Below, piece by piece: positions 52,634-63,933 of a stretch of 64,000 bases of DNA (the stretch's first letter is position 1; each line of letters opens with the position of its first letter). Origin of the DNA: a virus (Duplodnaviria > Caudoviricetes); IMG/VR virus record IMGVR_UViG_3300014656_000027, positions 1,704 through 65,703 of that record; one strand, written 5' to 3'. The position numbers and the translations under genes are program-made. The notes beneath the pieces were generated by a model that saw only the letters and a program-made list of their open reading frames with translations, did no database searches and was not told the origin of the DNA.

Positions 52634-54866
52634 TATTATTAAGTATGGGGAGAAGATAGACCCCACGTTGTTTGCTCAATATAAAAACCCAGATAAATAT
52701 CTTTGGTTTAATACTGATGATAAAGATTTAACACCCATAAGGATAGAGTTACCAGATTGCCCCGACTATGATACTATTGATGGATTTGGATTGCCAGCAA
52801 AAGACCAGTATTGGAAACACCCAGAGCTACCTAGAAGATTAAAAGAGCTACAACGTAAGATGGAGACCATTGATGAGATATGGGACGAGTTGGAGAAAAA
52901 TAAAATCATTTATACCGATGAGATAGAGTTCATTCGTAAGCAATGGGAGTACAGACTTTATGGATATTGGTTTTTCAATAACGGCAAACCGACATATATT
53001 GATGGGTGGAATTATTTTTATATCGCATGGTGGCACATAGATACAGGATTGCCCAAGTACAGAGGTAGAGATAGAAAGTTCTTTTTGTTTGCTCGACATA
53101 TTTACAACTCAAAAAGCACCTTTGAAAATATAGACGAAACAGGCAACGCAATAAGAAATCCCGACACAGGATACTTCGACATGAAGGAAACGGGAGGTAG
53201 GGTATTCTATGGATTCAACTATCCTAAACACCGTAGAGAGGGAGCCACATATAAGGCAGAGTGTATGAACTATGAGGTAATATCACGCACAATAGGCGCA
53301 TGGGGAGGCATACAGTCTATGAACGAAACACAAGGAAGGAAATGTTTTTTGAAACACCTTGTAGGCCCATGGAAAAAATTACCGTTCTTTTTTAAACCCA
53401 ACTATGAAGGGTCAACATCACCTAAGACAGAATTATCATTTTCACCTCCGGCACAAAGATTATCAAGTAAAGGATCGTTAGCAACATCCAAGATAGGACT
53501 TGAATCAATGATTAATTTTGATAACGCAGACCCGGGAGCTTATGATGGTGACAAGCTATATTTCCATCACGATGATGAGGTGGGAAAACTAAAAAAAGGA
53601 TTATCATGTTGGGATCGTCACCTGGTAGTAAAAGAATGTTTGGTAATGGGTTCTGACATCATAGGACTAACAGTTAAAACATCAACTGTTGGAGAGATGG
53701 AAAGAGGAGGAGGAAAGGCTTTCAAGCACCAATGCAAGATGAGTGATTATTTTGTGAGAACTCCCAACGGACAGACGCGATCAGGATTGGCAACATTATT
53801 CATACCCGCATACGAGGGATTGCAAGGATTTATAGATAAGCACGGAGAATCAATAATAGACAGCCCAACCAAAGCACAAGCAGAATTTATAGGCAGAAAG
53901 ATAGGAGCAAGAGAATACCTCCTCAACAAGAGAAAAGGATATATTGATGCAGGTGACTACGAAGGACTATCACAGGAGGTTAGGTTATACCCTATGAGTT
54001 TCACGGAGTGTTTCAGAACAGCGGCTAAATCATCAGGCTTTAATATGCAGAAGCTAGAAACATATATCGACGAACTTAGATTCAAGCCTAGCAGTGAATT
54101 ACCAGTAGAAGGAGACTTTAGGTGGATTAACAACGTCAGAGACACCAGAGTAGAATTTATCGCATTTAAGGGAGGTAAATTCAAGGTATCACACCAATTA
54201 GATGAAAATGAATGTAACCGAAAATATTGGGATGATATAAGCGAATCATGGAAGCCTGGTAATACATCATGGGGAGTGGCAGGAGCAGACCCCTTTAAAT
54301 TTAATAAAACAGAGGGTAATCGTAAATCCAAAGGAGGAGGTGCGGTGGTGCGCAAAGGAAAGATTAAAGATGGAGACTTCTCTATGAAGAGAAAATTCGT
54401 TTGCACCTACAGTAATAGGACTTTCGATAAATATAGCTATGCGGAAGATATGCTAATGATGTGCGTGTATTATGGAGTAGCAATGTTTCCAGAGATAAAT
54501 GTGGATTTAATTTGGGATTATTTCGAGCAAAGAGGGTATTCTGCTTTCTTACTATACCGTGTAGACCCAAAAACTTTTCAACAACAGAAAACACCAGGAG
54601 CAAATACTAATGATAAAATTAAGCAGGATATCTTCGGTGAATATATGAATTTTATAGAATATGAGGCAGACGAGGAGAACCATATAGAACTAATGGAAGA
54701 GTGCAGAGACATTGGAGGCCCAGAAGAAATGACTGACTACGATTTATTCTCGGCTGGAGGATATGCACTATTAGGAACGGCTGGAATTTATGATGAAATA
54801 GCAGAGATAGACAAGGAAGAAATATCTATGGATAAATTTTTACGTAAAAGAGTTTACCGTAGATAA
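52617..54866 (+). CDS. terL: Terminase large subunit
   Basis: Walker A-like PKHRREGATYK, FHHDDEVGK, STVGEM, nuclease AGADPF; crAss-type length. Confidence 0.9.
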   Translation: MNTLSNIIKYGEKIDPTLFAQYKNPDKYLWFNTDDKDLTPIRIELPDCPDYDTIDGFGLPAKDQYWKHPELPRRLKELQRKMETIDEIWDELEKNKIIYTDEIEFIRKQWEYRLYGYWFFNNGKPTYIDGWNYFYIAWWHIDTGLPKYRGRDRKFFLFARHIYNSKSTFENIDETGNAIRNPDTGYFDMKETGGRVFYGFNYPKHRREGATYKAECMNYEVISRTIGAWGGIQSMNETQGRKCFLKHLVGPWKKLPFFFKPNYEGSTSPKTELSFSPPAQRLSSKGSLATSKIGLESMINFDNADPGAYDGDKLYFHHDDEVGKLKKGLSCWDRHLVVKECLVMGSDIIGLTVKTSTVGEMERGGGKAFKHQCKMSDYFVRTPNGQTRSGLATLFIPAYEGLQGFIDKHGESIIDSPTKAQAEFIGRKIGAREYLLNKRKGYIDAGDYEGLSQEVRLYPMSFTECFRTAAKSSGFNMQKLETYIDELRFKPSSELPVEGDFRWINNVRDTRVEFIAFKGGKFKVSHQLDENECNRKYWDDISESWKPGNTSWGVAGADPFKFNKTEGNRKSKGGGAVVRKGKIKDGDFSMKRKFVCTYSNRTFDKYSYAEDMLMMCVYYGVAMFPEINVDLIWDYFEQRGYSAFLLYRVDPKTFQQQKTPGANTNDKIKQDIFGEYMNFIEYEADEENHIELMEECRDIGGPEEMTDYDLFSAGGYALLGTAGIYDEIAEIDKEEISMDKFLRKRVYRR

Positions 54867-54894
54867 ATTGTTATTATATTAGGCAAATATTTGA

Positions 54895-57204
54895 ATGATT
54901 ATGTCCGAGATCACATTAAATACAACAAGTTCTTATCAGAAAGGAACTTACGCTTTTCCGAAGGACGAAATTCCAATTAAAGAAAAAACAGAAAATTGGG
55001 GAAAGAAATGGTGTGAGGCTATGTATGCGTCTTATGTGTCTGATAGAACAGGTATTCCGTACTCTTCGGTTGAAGAAATGGAGAACCTAAGATTATACGC
55101 AAGCGGTAATCAAAATATAAGTAAATATCAAGACATTTTGCTTGATGAATCAGAAGAAGGTGGAGATGTAACGGGTTACTTAAATGTAAATTGGGACATC
55201 TTTTCTGTTATGCCTAAGTTTCTTCATATCATAAGAGGAATATTTGAGGAGCAGGAGCACGCTATTGTAGCCACAGCAGTAGATCCTAAAAGCACAGAAT
55301 CAAAAGAATCGTATAAGCTACGCAAATGGTTTAAGGCACGATATAAGCCCCTACTGGATAATATTAATAAAATGGCTGGATACCAACCAGAGCCAGAGTG
55401 GTTACCAGAATCAGCGGACGAGCTAGAGATATATCAAACAATGGGTGGCTTTAAGATGGCTAAAGAAACAGAAATTGAAGAAGGGATTAATTATACTCTA
55501 TATATTTCTGATTGGAAAGAAATTAAGCGTAAGATATTGGACGACCTAGCGACAATTAATTGTGCAGCAGTAAAGGATTACACCGACCAATACACTAGGA
55601 AAGCTAAGATAAGATGGGTTAATCCTACTCAATTAGTAATGCAATATTCAAAGCATTGGGATCACCGTAATGCAGAATACGCAGGAGAGATAATTTCGGA
55701 ATCAATAAGCAACGTCCGAAAAAATACTGATATTACAGAGGAGGCATTACGTAAGATAGCTCAATTCTATAATGGGAGAAACGGGAATAAAACGCTTCCT
55801 TCATGGGGAGAGGACGATCTATCATCAGGAGGAGGATTTAAGTACGACAGCTTCATGGTTGACATTATGGATGCTGAATGGTTTTCGATCAATCAAAAAG
55901 GACTCACTAAAAGAACCAATGCACGTGGCGAAACATTTATTTACGAGGAAGAAGGAAATAAGGTTTGGGACACAGAAAACAAAAAAACCAAAGTCCAAAA
56001 ATACAAAGTTGTATATAAAGCTAAATGGATTATAGGTACAGATTACGTTTATGATTTCGGTTTACAGCATGATGTGCCAAGACCAGGCAAAAAAGAAGTT
56101 GAATTATCTTTCAAGTTTTATAAACTACCAGGCCGCTCAATAGTAAGTCTTTCCGTTCCTAATTTAGACCAAATCCAATTAACGTGGTTAAAATTACAGA
56201 ACTCATTAGCGATGTCTTCAAATTCAGGTATTGCGGTGGAATACACCTCACTTATGAATATGAAGTTAGGAGGAGAAAAGATGGCTCCATTGGAGATATT
56301 GTCCATACGTAGGGACACAGGAGACTTGATTTATAAGATGACTACCCACATGGGGAAACAGAATATACCAGGTGGTATGCGTCCAATACAAGAGCTTGTA
56401 GGAGGAATAGGCCCACAGCTAAATGAATTTATTACAATATTTGATTTAAACCTTAATTTTATACGTGACCTAACAGGAATTAATCAGATAGCAGATGCTA
56501 GTACACCTAATCCTAACCAAAGTGTAGGCGGAGCAGAAATGGCAATAGCTGCTACTAACAACGCTTTAAAGCCTCTTTATTCAGGATACGTAAGACTAAA
56601 AGAATTAGTAGCCCGTTCAGCGGCAATAAGGATTCAATTATTAGTCAAGTATGACAAGACAGCCTACGAGGGGTATATTCCTGTAGTGGGAGGAGCAGGG
56701 GTAAAGATATTATCAATAGGAGCAGAGATACTTGATACTGATTGGGAGATTCAGATACAAGCGAAACCAACACAACAGCGAAAACAAACTATTTTACAGG
56801 CGGCCACAATCGCAATGCAACCAGATAAGGACGGTTTTATTGGTATTGAGATAGCTGATTATATGATGATAGAGAGGATGCTTGAAGCAGGAAATGAGAA
56901 GTTAGCAGAAACAATGCTAAATTTCAGAAGCAAAAAAAATAAAGAGCGTCAACTACAACTGCAAAGAGAAAATATGCAAATTGATTCTGAGAACCAGAAT
57001 AAGATCGCCACAACCAAGTCTGAGCAGGAGAGACAGACAGCACAATTTAAGAACGATATAGCAAAAGACTTTGAAAAAACTAAGTTTGACCTGGAGGACA
57101 GAAATAATCAAAACGAGCATTTACGTAAATTAGAACAGATACAGATGGAGAAATCCTTTGATATAGCACAAGCAGAGCAATCACAACAATTAAAAACGGC
57201 TTAA
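54895..57204 (+). CDS. Portal protein
   Basis: 769 aa after terL; PKFLHII, RDLTGINQIADASTP, C-terminal coiled coil. Confidence 0.85.
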   Translation: MIMSEITLNTTSSYQKGTYAFPKDEIPIKEKTENWGKKWCEAMYASYVSDRTGIPYSSVEEMENLRLYASGNQNISKYQDILLDESEEGGDVTGYLNVNWDIFSVMPKFLHIIRGIFEEQEHAIVATAVDPKSTESKESYKLRKWFKARYKPLLDNINKMAGYQPEPEWLPESADELEIYQTMGGFKMAKETEIEEGINYTLYISDWKEIKRKILDDLATINCAAVKDYTDQYTRKAKIRWVNPTQLVMQYSKHWDHRNAEYAGEIISESISNVRKNTDITEEALRKIAQFYNGRNGNKTLPSWGEDDLSSGGGFKYDSFMVDIMDAEWFSINQKGLTKRTNARGETFIYEEEGNKVWDTENKKTKVQKYKVVYKAKWIIGTDYVYDFGLQHDVPRPGKKEVELSFKFYKLPGRSIVSLSVPNLDQIQLTWLKLQNSLAMSSNSGIAVEYTSLMNMKLGGEKMAPLEILSIRRDTGDLIYKMTTHMGKQNIPGGMRPIQELVGGIGPQLNEFITIFDLNLNFIRDLTGINQIADASTPNPNQSVGGAEMAIAATNNALKPLYSGYVRLKELVARSAAIRIQLLVKYDKTAYEGYIPVVGGAGVKILSIGAEILDTDWEIQIQAKPTQQRKQTILQAATIAMQPDKDGFIGIEIADYMMIERMLEAGNEKLAETMLNFRSKKNKERQLQLQRENMQIDSENQNKIATTKSEQERQTAQFKNDIAKDFEKTKFDLEDRNNQNEHLRKLEQIQMEKSFDIAQAEQSQQLKTA

Positions 57205-57205
57205 T

Positions 57206-58375
57206 ATGAGTAAAGAAAACGAAATATCAAGAAATCCAGAGTTTGATGCCTTAAAAGATATTGAAGGTATTGATATGGATAATCTTATGGGGCAGGCAGG
57301 ATTAACCCCTGATGTACCAAAACCTCCAGTAGCAGAGACACCTAAACCCCCAGTAGAAAAAAAGGTAGAGGGAGCAGCTCCTATTGTAGATAAACCAGCG
57401 GACAACAGCCAAGCGCAGCGGGATGCATTTCTGAAAGAGATTTTCGGAGAGCGTTTTAAGACTGTAGATGAGGCTAAACAAGCAAATATACCTGGTATTT
57501 TAGATGAGACGGAAATCCTGAGACAGGAAAAAGTATCATTACAAGAGAAACTTAATTTAAAGCCCAAAACAAACTTCGCAAACGACGAAGTGGCTTTGTT
57601 TAATGAGTTTGTAAAAGAGACAGGCACAAAAGATTACGGGATGTTCAGTAGAATAAACAGTGCAGATGTCGCAACCATGGATTCTATGGAAGCATTAGTT
57701 ACTAAGCACATCTTAGACAACCCAAATTTAGCAGGAAAGGAAGCTAACGTCCGAAAGTATTTCGAGAAGAAATATAATGTTGATCCCGACCTGGTTGATG
57801 AAGATGATTTAGCCATCAACAGAATAGGAATGGAGGCAGATGGAGCCACCGCAAAGAAGTCGTTGCAATCATTAAAGGAAAAGTTAAAAGTTCCTGAACC
57901 AATTATCGACGTTCAAAAACCGAAGGAATTAACCCCAGAGGAAAAAGCCCAATTACAGACAGGATGGGGCAATGTAGGAGAGCAAGTCAGTACAGCATTA
58001 GGTAAGTTGAAAGTACCTATCAAGAACGGTAAAGAATCTCTGTTGGATTATGAAATATCAGACTCCGAGAAAAAAGAGATTACCGAGTTTGTTAAGAGTT
58101 ATGCCGTTGAAAACCGTATGGAACTCAACGAAACAAACGTCAAAACAGTCTCTACCATGGTGTATAACCAATTGATGATAAATAAACTTCCTGATATCGT
58201 GCATTCCGTATTTGAGAAAGCACGAAGTCTTACTGAGGAGCAAGTACATTCGCTCTATGAGAATCCATCACCTGCCAGAAATAGCGATACTCCTCCCGCA
58301 CAACGTCATATCAGTCAAACTGATGAGGACAAGATGAGGGATGATATCTTTAATGCAGAAATGGGATATTTATAA
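57206..58375 (+). CDS. Putative capsid scaffolding protein
   Basis: Acidic, Pro-rich N-terminus, between portal and capsid. Confidence 0.65.
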   Translation: MSKENEISRNPEFDALKDIEGIDMDNLMGQAGLTPDVPKPPVAETPKPPVEKKVEGAAPIVDKPADNSQAQRDAFLKEIFGERFKTVDEAKQANIPGILDETEILRQEKVSLQEKLNLKPKTNFANDEVALFNEFVKETGTKDYGMFSRINSADVATMDSMEALVTKHILDNPNLAGKEANVRKYFEKKYNVDPDLVDEDDLAINRIGMEADGATAKKSLQSLKEKLKVPEPIIDVQKPKELTPEEKAQLQTGWGNVGEQVSTALGKLKVPIKNGKESLLDYEISDSEKKEITEFVKSYAVENRMELNETNVKTVSTMVYNQLMINKLPDIVHSVFEKARSLTEEQVHSLYENPSPARNSDTPPAQRHISQTDEDKMRDDIFNAEMGYL

Positions 58376-58427
58376 TAAAGTAAGTAAGAGGTGTGTATTT
58401 TTTAATAATAACTAAAAACAAAAGATA

Positions 58428-59810
58428 ATGAATCCAGATGCTATTGCGCAAATATACGCCTCAGATATCGTTTCTGGCTTTGATATTCACAAGCCAGAAA
58501 AAATGAATGTCTTGTTCTCCCGTTATGGAGATCAAGGAGCTTCCTACTTCCAGTTACTTAGATCAATGGGATTTGAGAAGGAGGTATCACTAGACACTTA
58601 CGGTCACTTTGAAGAGAACAGAATCCATGAAGTATGTTATGTAAACGCTAATGTCAATCAGCCTAATGTGGGCGCGACAATTACGTTTGTACTTAGTTCA
58701 GACTCTTTAGATTCTGATAACAACTTCTATCTTCGTTTGTGGGATATGATTTTATTCCCTAATGAAGTTACAGGTTCAGTGTCAGCTATTGACGTTAGTT
58801 CACCAACAGCACCATCTATTACATGTACCCTACATGATGATACAGAGCAATTCCCTGCTTTAACAGCAGATCAGGAATTAGTTATTTTCTCTAATGCTTT
58901 TTCAGAAGGATCAGGACAACCTGATTCAGCTATCAGAGGTACTTGGGAATATGAAAATGACGCTCAGATTATCAAGGAGACTATTGGATATACAGGTTCT
59001 GAAATGGTTAATCAAACTTGGTTTGATGTTACATCTCAAGGGCAGAAAATTCCAGCTTATTATCACTTAGGACAAGTTGATATTGATTACCGTACAGCAC
59101 TAAGAATTGATGGTGCATTATTGTATGGCAAGAGAACAGTCAACACAGCCTTAGTAGATAGTGTTACAGGTAGAGCAATTAAAACTACCGAAGGACTTAT
59201 TCCTTACACACGAAGAGTGGGTAATGAACAGTCATATACTTCTGGTGCGTTTGCTATCTCTGAATTTGATGAGATGGATAATACGCTTGACCGTGAAGGA
59301 GCAGGAAACTATATTTTAGGATTACTTGGAATTACATTACATCAAGACATTGAGAATAGCCTTAAAACGTATTTTGCTGACACGAACATACAGTTCGCCA
59401 GACAGACTACCAATGAGGTGTTGTTTAACAGCAACGAGTCTCTTGCTGCTTCTGTAAACTTTAAGTATCTAACTAAATCCGAAAGAACATTCTTATTCAA
59501 GAGAATGGGTGTTCTTAATAACCCAAAACTTTACGGAGCAACAGGTTATGAGAATTTAGGGCCTAAACTAGGTATTTTCATGCCTATCAACAAAAAGAAA
59601 GATCCCGTATCAGGTAATATGGTTGAATCTATTGGTACTCGTTATCGTGGATTAGGCCGTTACAACCGTCGTATGGAGGTTTGGCAAGTTGGTGGAGCAG
59701 GTGAAGGTTTAAAGGTAACAGAATTTGACAGCAGGGAGACATTCCAACGCTGTCATATTGGAGCTCATTTCCGTGGAGGAAATCAGTTTGTTATTTTAGA
59801 GCCAGCCTAG
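58428..59810 (+). CDS. Major capsid protein
   Basis: 460 aa after scaffold; YENDAQIIKETIGYTGSE, TTEGLIPY; followed by a strong terminator. Confidence 0.85.
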   Translation: MNPDAIAQIYASDIVSGFDIHKPEKMNVLFSRYGDQGASYFQLLRSMGFEKEVSLDTYGHFEENRIHEVCYVNANVNQPNVGATITFVLSSDSLDSDNNFYLRLWDMILFPNEVTGSVSAIDVSSPTAPSITCTLHDDTEQFPALTADQELVIFSNAFSEGSGQPDSAIRGTWEYENDAQIIKETIGYTGSEMVNQTWFDVTSQGQKIPAYYHLGQVDIDYRTALRIDGALLYGKRTVNTALVDSVTGRAIKTTEGLIPYTRRVGNEQSYTSGAFAISEFDEMDNTLDREGAGNYILGLLGITLHQDIENSLKTYFADTNIQFARQTTNEVLFNSNESLAASVNFKYLTKSERTFLFKRMGVLNNPKLYGATGYENLGPKLGIFMPINKKKDPVSGNMVESIGTRYRGLGRYNRRMEVWQVGGAGEGLKVTEFDSRETFQRCHIGAHFRGGNQFVILEPA

Positions 59811-59823
59811 AATACTAATTAAT

Positions 59824-59860
59824 AAGAGGGAGGATAAAGTTTCTCCTCCCTCTTTATTTT
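59824..59860 (+). terminator. Intrinsic terminator after the capsid gene
   Basis: aagagggagga/tcctccctctt stem. Confidence 0.8.
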
Positions 59861-59883
59861 AAACAATCAAACAAAAGAAAGTT

Positions 59884-60810
59884 ATGTTATACAAGAATGA
59901 TGAAGTTTACAGATTGACTCCGGCAGACCATAAGGAATTGAAACAAAAGTTTCCAAAGTTCCCTATAAGGTTAATATATCCAGAATCACGTGTTCGCCCC
60001 AGTAAGAGCAAACACAACAGGCTTCCCGATAGGCCAAATTCAATATCTTTCCCTCTTGTTGCAGTTATCAAGACAAAAACGGGGACAGAGACTTGGCGTT
60101 ATGCGGAGAACAAAATACAAGGCGCAAATGGACGCACTATATGGTCACCCCACAATCTTGTACTAAGAGGTTCGATAGTTTTAAAAGACACAGATATTGA
60201 GCTTGTTTATTGGCTAGTAAATTGTTGTCCTTTTCTTGAAGGAGGTAATAATTCTAATGGAAAGCCACCAAAATGTACTATTGAAGATTTAAGGGGCACT
60301 GCTGAAAAGAGAGCAATAAAAGAAGAGGAAACAGCTACAGTAAAAGCGCTTATATATTCAAGTCAGGTAGGATTACCAGAGGAGAAATTAAGGCAAGTTG
60401 CTAAAGCTTATTTTATCAATGATGTTGAAGAATTATCTTATGCACAGGTTAAGATTGCAGTAGAAACAAGCATCCATAGAGACAAAAGAATGGGAGTTCA
60501 GAAGTTTTTAGAGATGGTGGACGCAGAGCAAGTATTAACAGTACGAGCTAATCTTCAAGAGGCTATTGATAAAAAGATTATCACTTTTATGGTTCAGAAA
60601 AAGACATGGGCATGGGTTACAGACCAAGGTAAAAAGAACGAGCCCATAGTTCAAATAGTCACAGGCAAAGACCAGAATGAGGCACTATATGATTACTATC
60701 TAGGTAACAGAGGATTTGCTAAGGAGTTAATATCAGCACTAAAAGGACAAGGTGTTGTATTAGCTGATGGAGCAGATGATATCGACCTAGACGCTGATCC
60801 AGAAGAATAG
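59884..60810 (+). CDS. Conserved hypothetical protein following the capsid gene
   Basis: 308 aa; positional. Confidence 0.55.
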   Translation: MLYKNDEVYRLTPADHKELKQKFPKFPIRLIYPESRVRPSKSKHNRLPDRPNSISFPLVAVIKTKTGTETWRYAENKIQGANGRTIWSPHNLVLRGSIVLKDTDIELVYWLVNCCPFLEGGNNSNGKPPKCTIEDLRGTAEKRAIKEEETATVKALIYSSQVGLPEEKLRQVAKAYFINDVEELSYAQVKIAVETSIHRDKRMGVQKFLEMVDAEQVLTVRANLQEAIDKKIITFMVQKKTWAWVTDQGKKNEPIVQIVTGKDQNEALYDYYLGNRGFAKELISALKGQGVVLADGADDIDLDADPEE

Positions 60811-60886
60811 TACCACATTAAAATAGGAAAAATTTGTGCCGTATTCTTGAAAAGGGATGCGGCATACATATATAAAAAGTAAAGAA

Positions 60887-61321
60887 ATGGGAGCGACAAA
60901 CAGTTTTGAATCAGAAGTTTTACGCCACATCATAATGAATGAGGCTATAACTAATATGGGTGATGCAGGAGGCTTATTACAATCTGTATTAGACGGTGAT
61001 ATTTTCCTTGCATTATTTACATCCGATCCAGGAGAGGCAGGCAGCATCACTAATGAGGCAGCTTACACAGGATATGCGAGAGTTCCAGTTCCTAGAGATG
61101 GTACAGAATGGGAAGAAGCAAGCGGACAGCTAAGAAATTTAAACAGTATAACATTCCCAGAATGCACCGCAGGATCAGAAACGATTACACATTTTGGGTT
61201 ATGTAAAACATTAGCGGGAGACGATTTAATTATATATGGAGAATTATCATCACCAGCATTAATGGCTATACAGGTTCAACCACGATTTGAAGCAGCTACA
61301 TTTGTTGTAAATCTTGATTAA
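60887..61321 (+). CDS. Minor structural/tail protein
   Basis: FLALFTSDPGEAG...YTGYARV...NSITFP...ITHFGL; ATG 60887 preferred. Confidence 0.65.
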   Translation: MGATNSFESEVLRHIIMNEAITNMGDAGGLLQSVLDGDIFLALFTSDPGEAGSITNEAAYTGYARVPVPRDGTEWEEASGQLRNLNSITFPECTAGSETITHFGLCKTLAGDDLIIYGELSSPALMAIQVQPRFEAATFVVNLD

Positions 61322-61332
61322 AACAATTAGAG

Positions 61333-62502
61333 ATGGGGATTTTGAATATATCAGGAACAATAAATATTTCATTCAGCACATCTGGACTAATAACGAATGC
61401 GTCACAGTCAGCTAGTGATGCTATCTTTACCATAGATTTAAGACCCACAGCACCGATAATTATTGTTCAAGATAATATTGATTATGTAGCGGTTGGATGG
61501 GCAAAAGCAGATGTGACAGCAGTGATAACGTTTGTTGGGCCATTAGGAGTGATATACACCAACGCAGACTTTAATGATCCAGATATAGACCCCGATGTTA
61601 GTTTATACCTCAACAGAACAATAACATTGCCATTAGACCCTTTAGAGAACTACGCGAACATATTAAAAGGAAATTACACGTTAAAAGTAACATGGTATAA
61701 TTCAAACTTAGACGTCTATTACACTTACCTTAAGACGTACCAGTACAATTTTGATCCCCCAACGATTGCTAATACAACTGTGTCAGGGCCGTATTCAAGC
61801 ACACTAAAATCTACAGACACAACAGTTTATGGTAGTGATGTGTACACAACCACAAGAGAACATCGCGTACAATATCCAACACAATTAATTCCTCCAATAG
61901 CAGACGTAGTAAGCAGCAGCTCAGAGGTGGAGATAACACCGATATACACTAATCAGTGGACGGTAATAATAACCACCTTTATAGAGTATCGCAAGGCCGA
62001 CACGCTAAGAATCTATTGGGAGGGCAGCGGAGAGTTTACCCATTGCGTTTATGCAGGATGTATTAATGCTATGGCAGAAGTTATTAATACTATGCTCACC
62101 AACTATGCTGATACCCTTGCCGCCAATATGAATAATCAAGAGGTATATCAAAAGCGACTTGTAACACTAAACACAGCATGGCATTTATTAACACAAGCAT
62201 ATTTAGCAGGTGATGAAGAAGAATGCGACAGACAAGCCTATGTCATACAAGAACAGGTAGCATATACAAACGGAGGAGTATGTGAGGGAGCTACATCAGC
62301 AATAGTAGTGAAGTGTCCATCGTGGGGAGTAGGAGTTATAGACCATAATTTATTAGATCATGTTGATTTAGCCGCCGCAGGAATAACTTACGGACATATT
62401 GACGACCAAGCACAAAATATAGAAGGAGATAAAACATTCATCTCTAATGTAACAATCAATGGAGATTTGATTTATGATATAAATGGAGGAACGTGGGATT
62501 AA
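61333..62502 (+). CDS. Structural protein (beta-rich N-terminus)
   Basis: Late module; ends INGGTWD. Confidence 0.5.
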   Translation: MGILNISGTINISFSTSGLITNASQSASDAIFTIDLRPTAPIIIVQDNIDYVAVGWAKADVTAVITFVGPLGVIYTNADFNDPDIDPDVSLYLNRTITLPLDPLENYANILKGNYTLKVTWYNSNLDVYYTYLKTYQYNFDPPTIANTTVSGPYSSTLKSTDTTVYGSDVYTTTREHRVQYPTQLIPPIADVVSSSSEVEITPIYTNQWTVIITTFIEYRKADTLRIYWEGSGEFTHCVYAGCINAMAEVINTMLTNYADTLAANMNNQEVYQKRLVTLNTAWHLLTQAYLAGDEEECDRQAYVIQEQVAYTNGGVCEGATSAIVVKCPSWGVGVIDHNLLDHVDLAAAGITYGHIDDQAQNIEGDKTFISNVTINGDLIYDINGGTWD

Positions 62503-62525
62503 AAATAACTTAAAACAATAAAGTC

Positions 62526-63923
62526 ATGGCAAACAAAATTCAAATTAAAAAAGGAACAACCTTACCCGATAGTGCAGATTTATCAGCACGGGAACTAGGG
62601 TTAAGAGATACCAATAAAATATATATTGGTAATTATGCAGGAGATGGTGTAGAGAGAGTAGGTATGCATAACGATTATGCAGCTAACTCTATACTTGCAG
62701 CAGATACAATATCTACTCCAAGCGCATTAACAATAGCAGAGCAGCGTATTGTAGGAAGGCTCACAGGAGGGAATATAGCGGCGATTACCATTGGTATAGC
62801 TGATGATAATATAGTGCAAGTTGATGATGCCGGAGTAGCAGATAATGAATACGCTAAATGGACAGCTAACGGATTAGAAGGTAGAGCTTATGCAGATGTG
62901 TTGGCTGATTTAAGCGGACAAGCTGGAGCAGCATTCGCTATGAATAGCAAGCAGATAACAGGTGTCGCTGATCCTTCTTTAGCACAAGATGCCGCTACAA
63001 AAGCTTATGTTGATAGTGTTGCAGTAGGTCTTAATGATTTTAAAGCCTCAGTAAGAGTTGCCACAACAGCAGCAGGCACTTTAGCTACATCTTTTGCTAA
63101 TGGTCAAACTATAGATGGAGTAGTTTTGGTTACTGGTAATAGAATATTAATAAAAGACCAAGCCGCAGGAGCAGAGAATGGTATTTATACTGTTAATGCG
63201 TCTGGAGCACCAACTAGAGCAACAGATGCAGACGTAAGCGTAGAGGTTACAGCAGGAATGTATTGCTTCGTAACAGAAGGAACAGCTAATGGTGATGAAG
63301 GGTGGATATTAACAACCAATGATCCTATTGTTTTAGGAACAACACCATTAACATTTGTTCAGTTTTCAAGTGCAGGGAGTGTTGTAGCACACAAAGATAC
63401 TCACGATCCTAACGATGGTTCAGACCCATTAGACACAGCAGCAGCAGCAGAGATAAGCGCAGTCGTGGCAGCAGGAGTAGGAACATCGCACAGTTTCTCA
63501 AGAGCAGACCATATCCACGCTATCAATCATGGTATCACAGATAATCATATTGTTACTATTGACGGAACAACTAATCAACCAGTAGCGACAGATTTTGCAA
63601 TGTTTACTGCATTAGGTCTTGAAGGAAAGTCTGCAAGCGAAGTCCTAGCTGCAATTGATGGTGCAAATAAGGCATTAAGTAATCTAGCTTCTGTAGCTCT
63701 TAATACGGCGTTGTTACCAGATGCAGCAGCAGCAGATGATTTTGGATCTGCAATATTGCCTTTTAAAGATATGTTCTTTGCAGGAACTTCTGGAACTCCA
63801 GGAACTAATAACTTTAAAATTACAGGTGCTTCAACAAGTGGAACTAGAGTGATAACATTTCCAGATTCAACAGGCACAGTATTAAATGATGTAAGTACTA
63901 TTGACGGCGGGACATGGACTTAA
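62526..63923 (+). CDS. Tail/head fibre-like protein
   Basis: ANKIQIKKG start, DAATKAYVD, KASVRVATTA..TIDGVVLVTGNRILIKDQ..ENGIY; ends IDGGTWT. Confidence 0.7.
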   Translation: MANKIQIKKGTTLPDSADLSARELGLRDTNKIYIGNYAGDGVERVGMHNDYAANSILAADTISTPSALTIAEQRIVGRLTGGNIAAITIGIADDNIVQVDDAGVADNEYAKWTANGLEGRAYADVLADLSGQAGAAFAMNSKQITGVADPSLAQDAATKAYVDSVAVGLNDFKASVRVATTAAGTLATSFANGQTIDGVVLVTGNRILIKDQAAGAENGIYTVNASGAPTRATDADVSVEVTAGMYCFVTEGTANGDEGWILTTNDPIVLGTTPLTFVQFSSAGSVVAHKDTHDPNDGSDPLDTAAAAEISAVVAAGVGTSHSFSRADHIHAINHGITDNHIVTIDGTTNQPVATDFAMFTALGLEGKSASEVLAAIDGANKALSNLASVALNTALLPDAAAADDFGSAILPFKDMFFAGTSGTPGTNNFKITGASTSGTRVITFPDSTGTVLNDVSTIDGGTWT

Positions 63924-63933
63924 AATATAGAAT

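Noticed and set aside
466-63877. Many minus-strand ORFs of 60-150 aa inside large plus-strand genes
   Set aside because: Antisense shadows with hydrophobic/Ser-Phe bias and no motifs.
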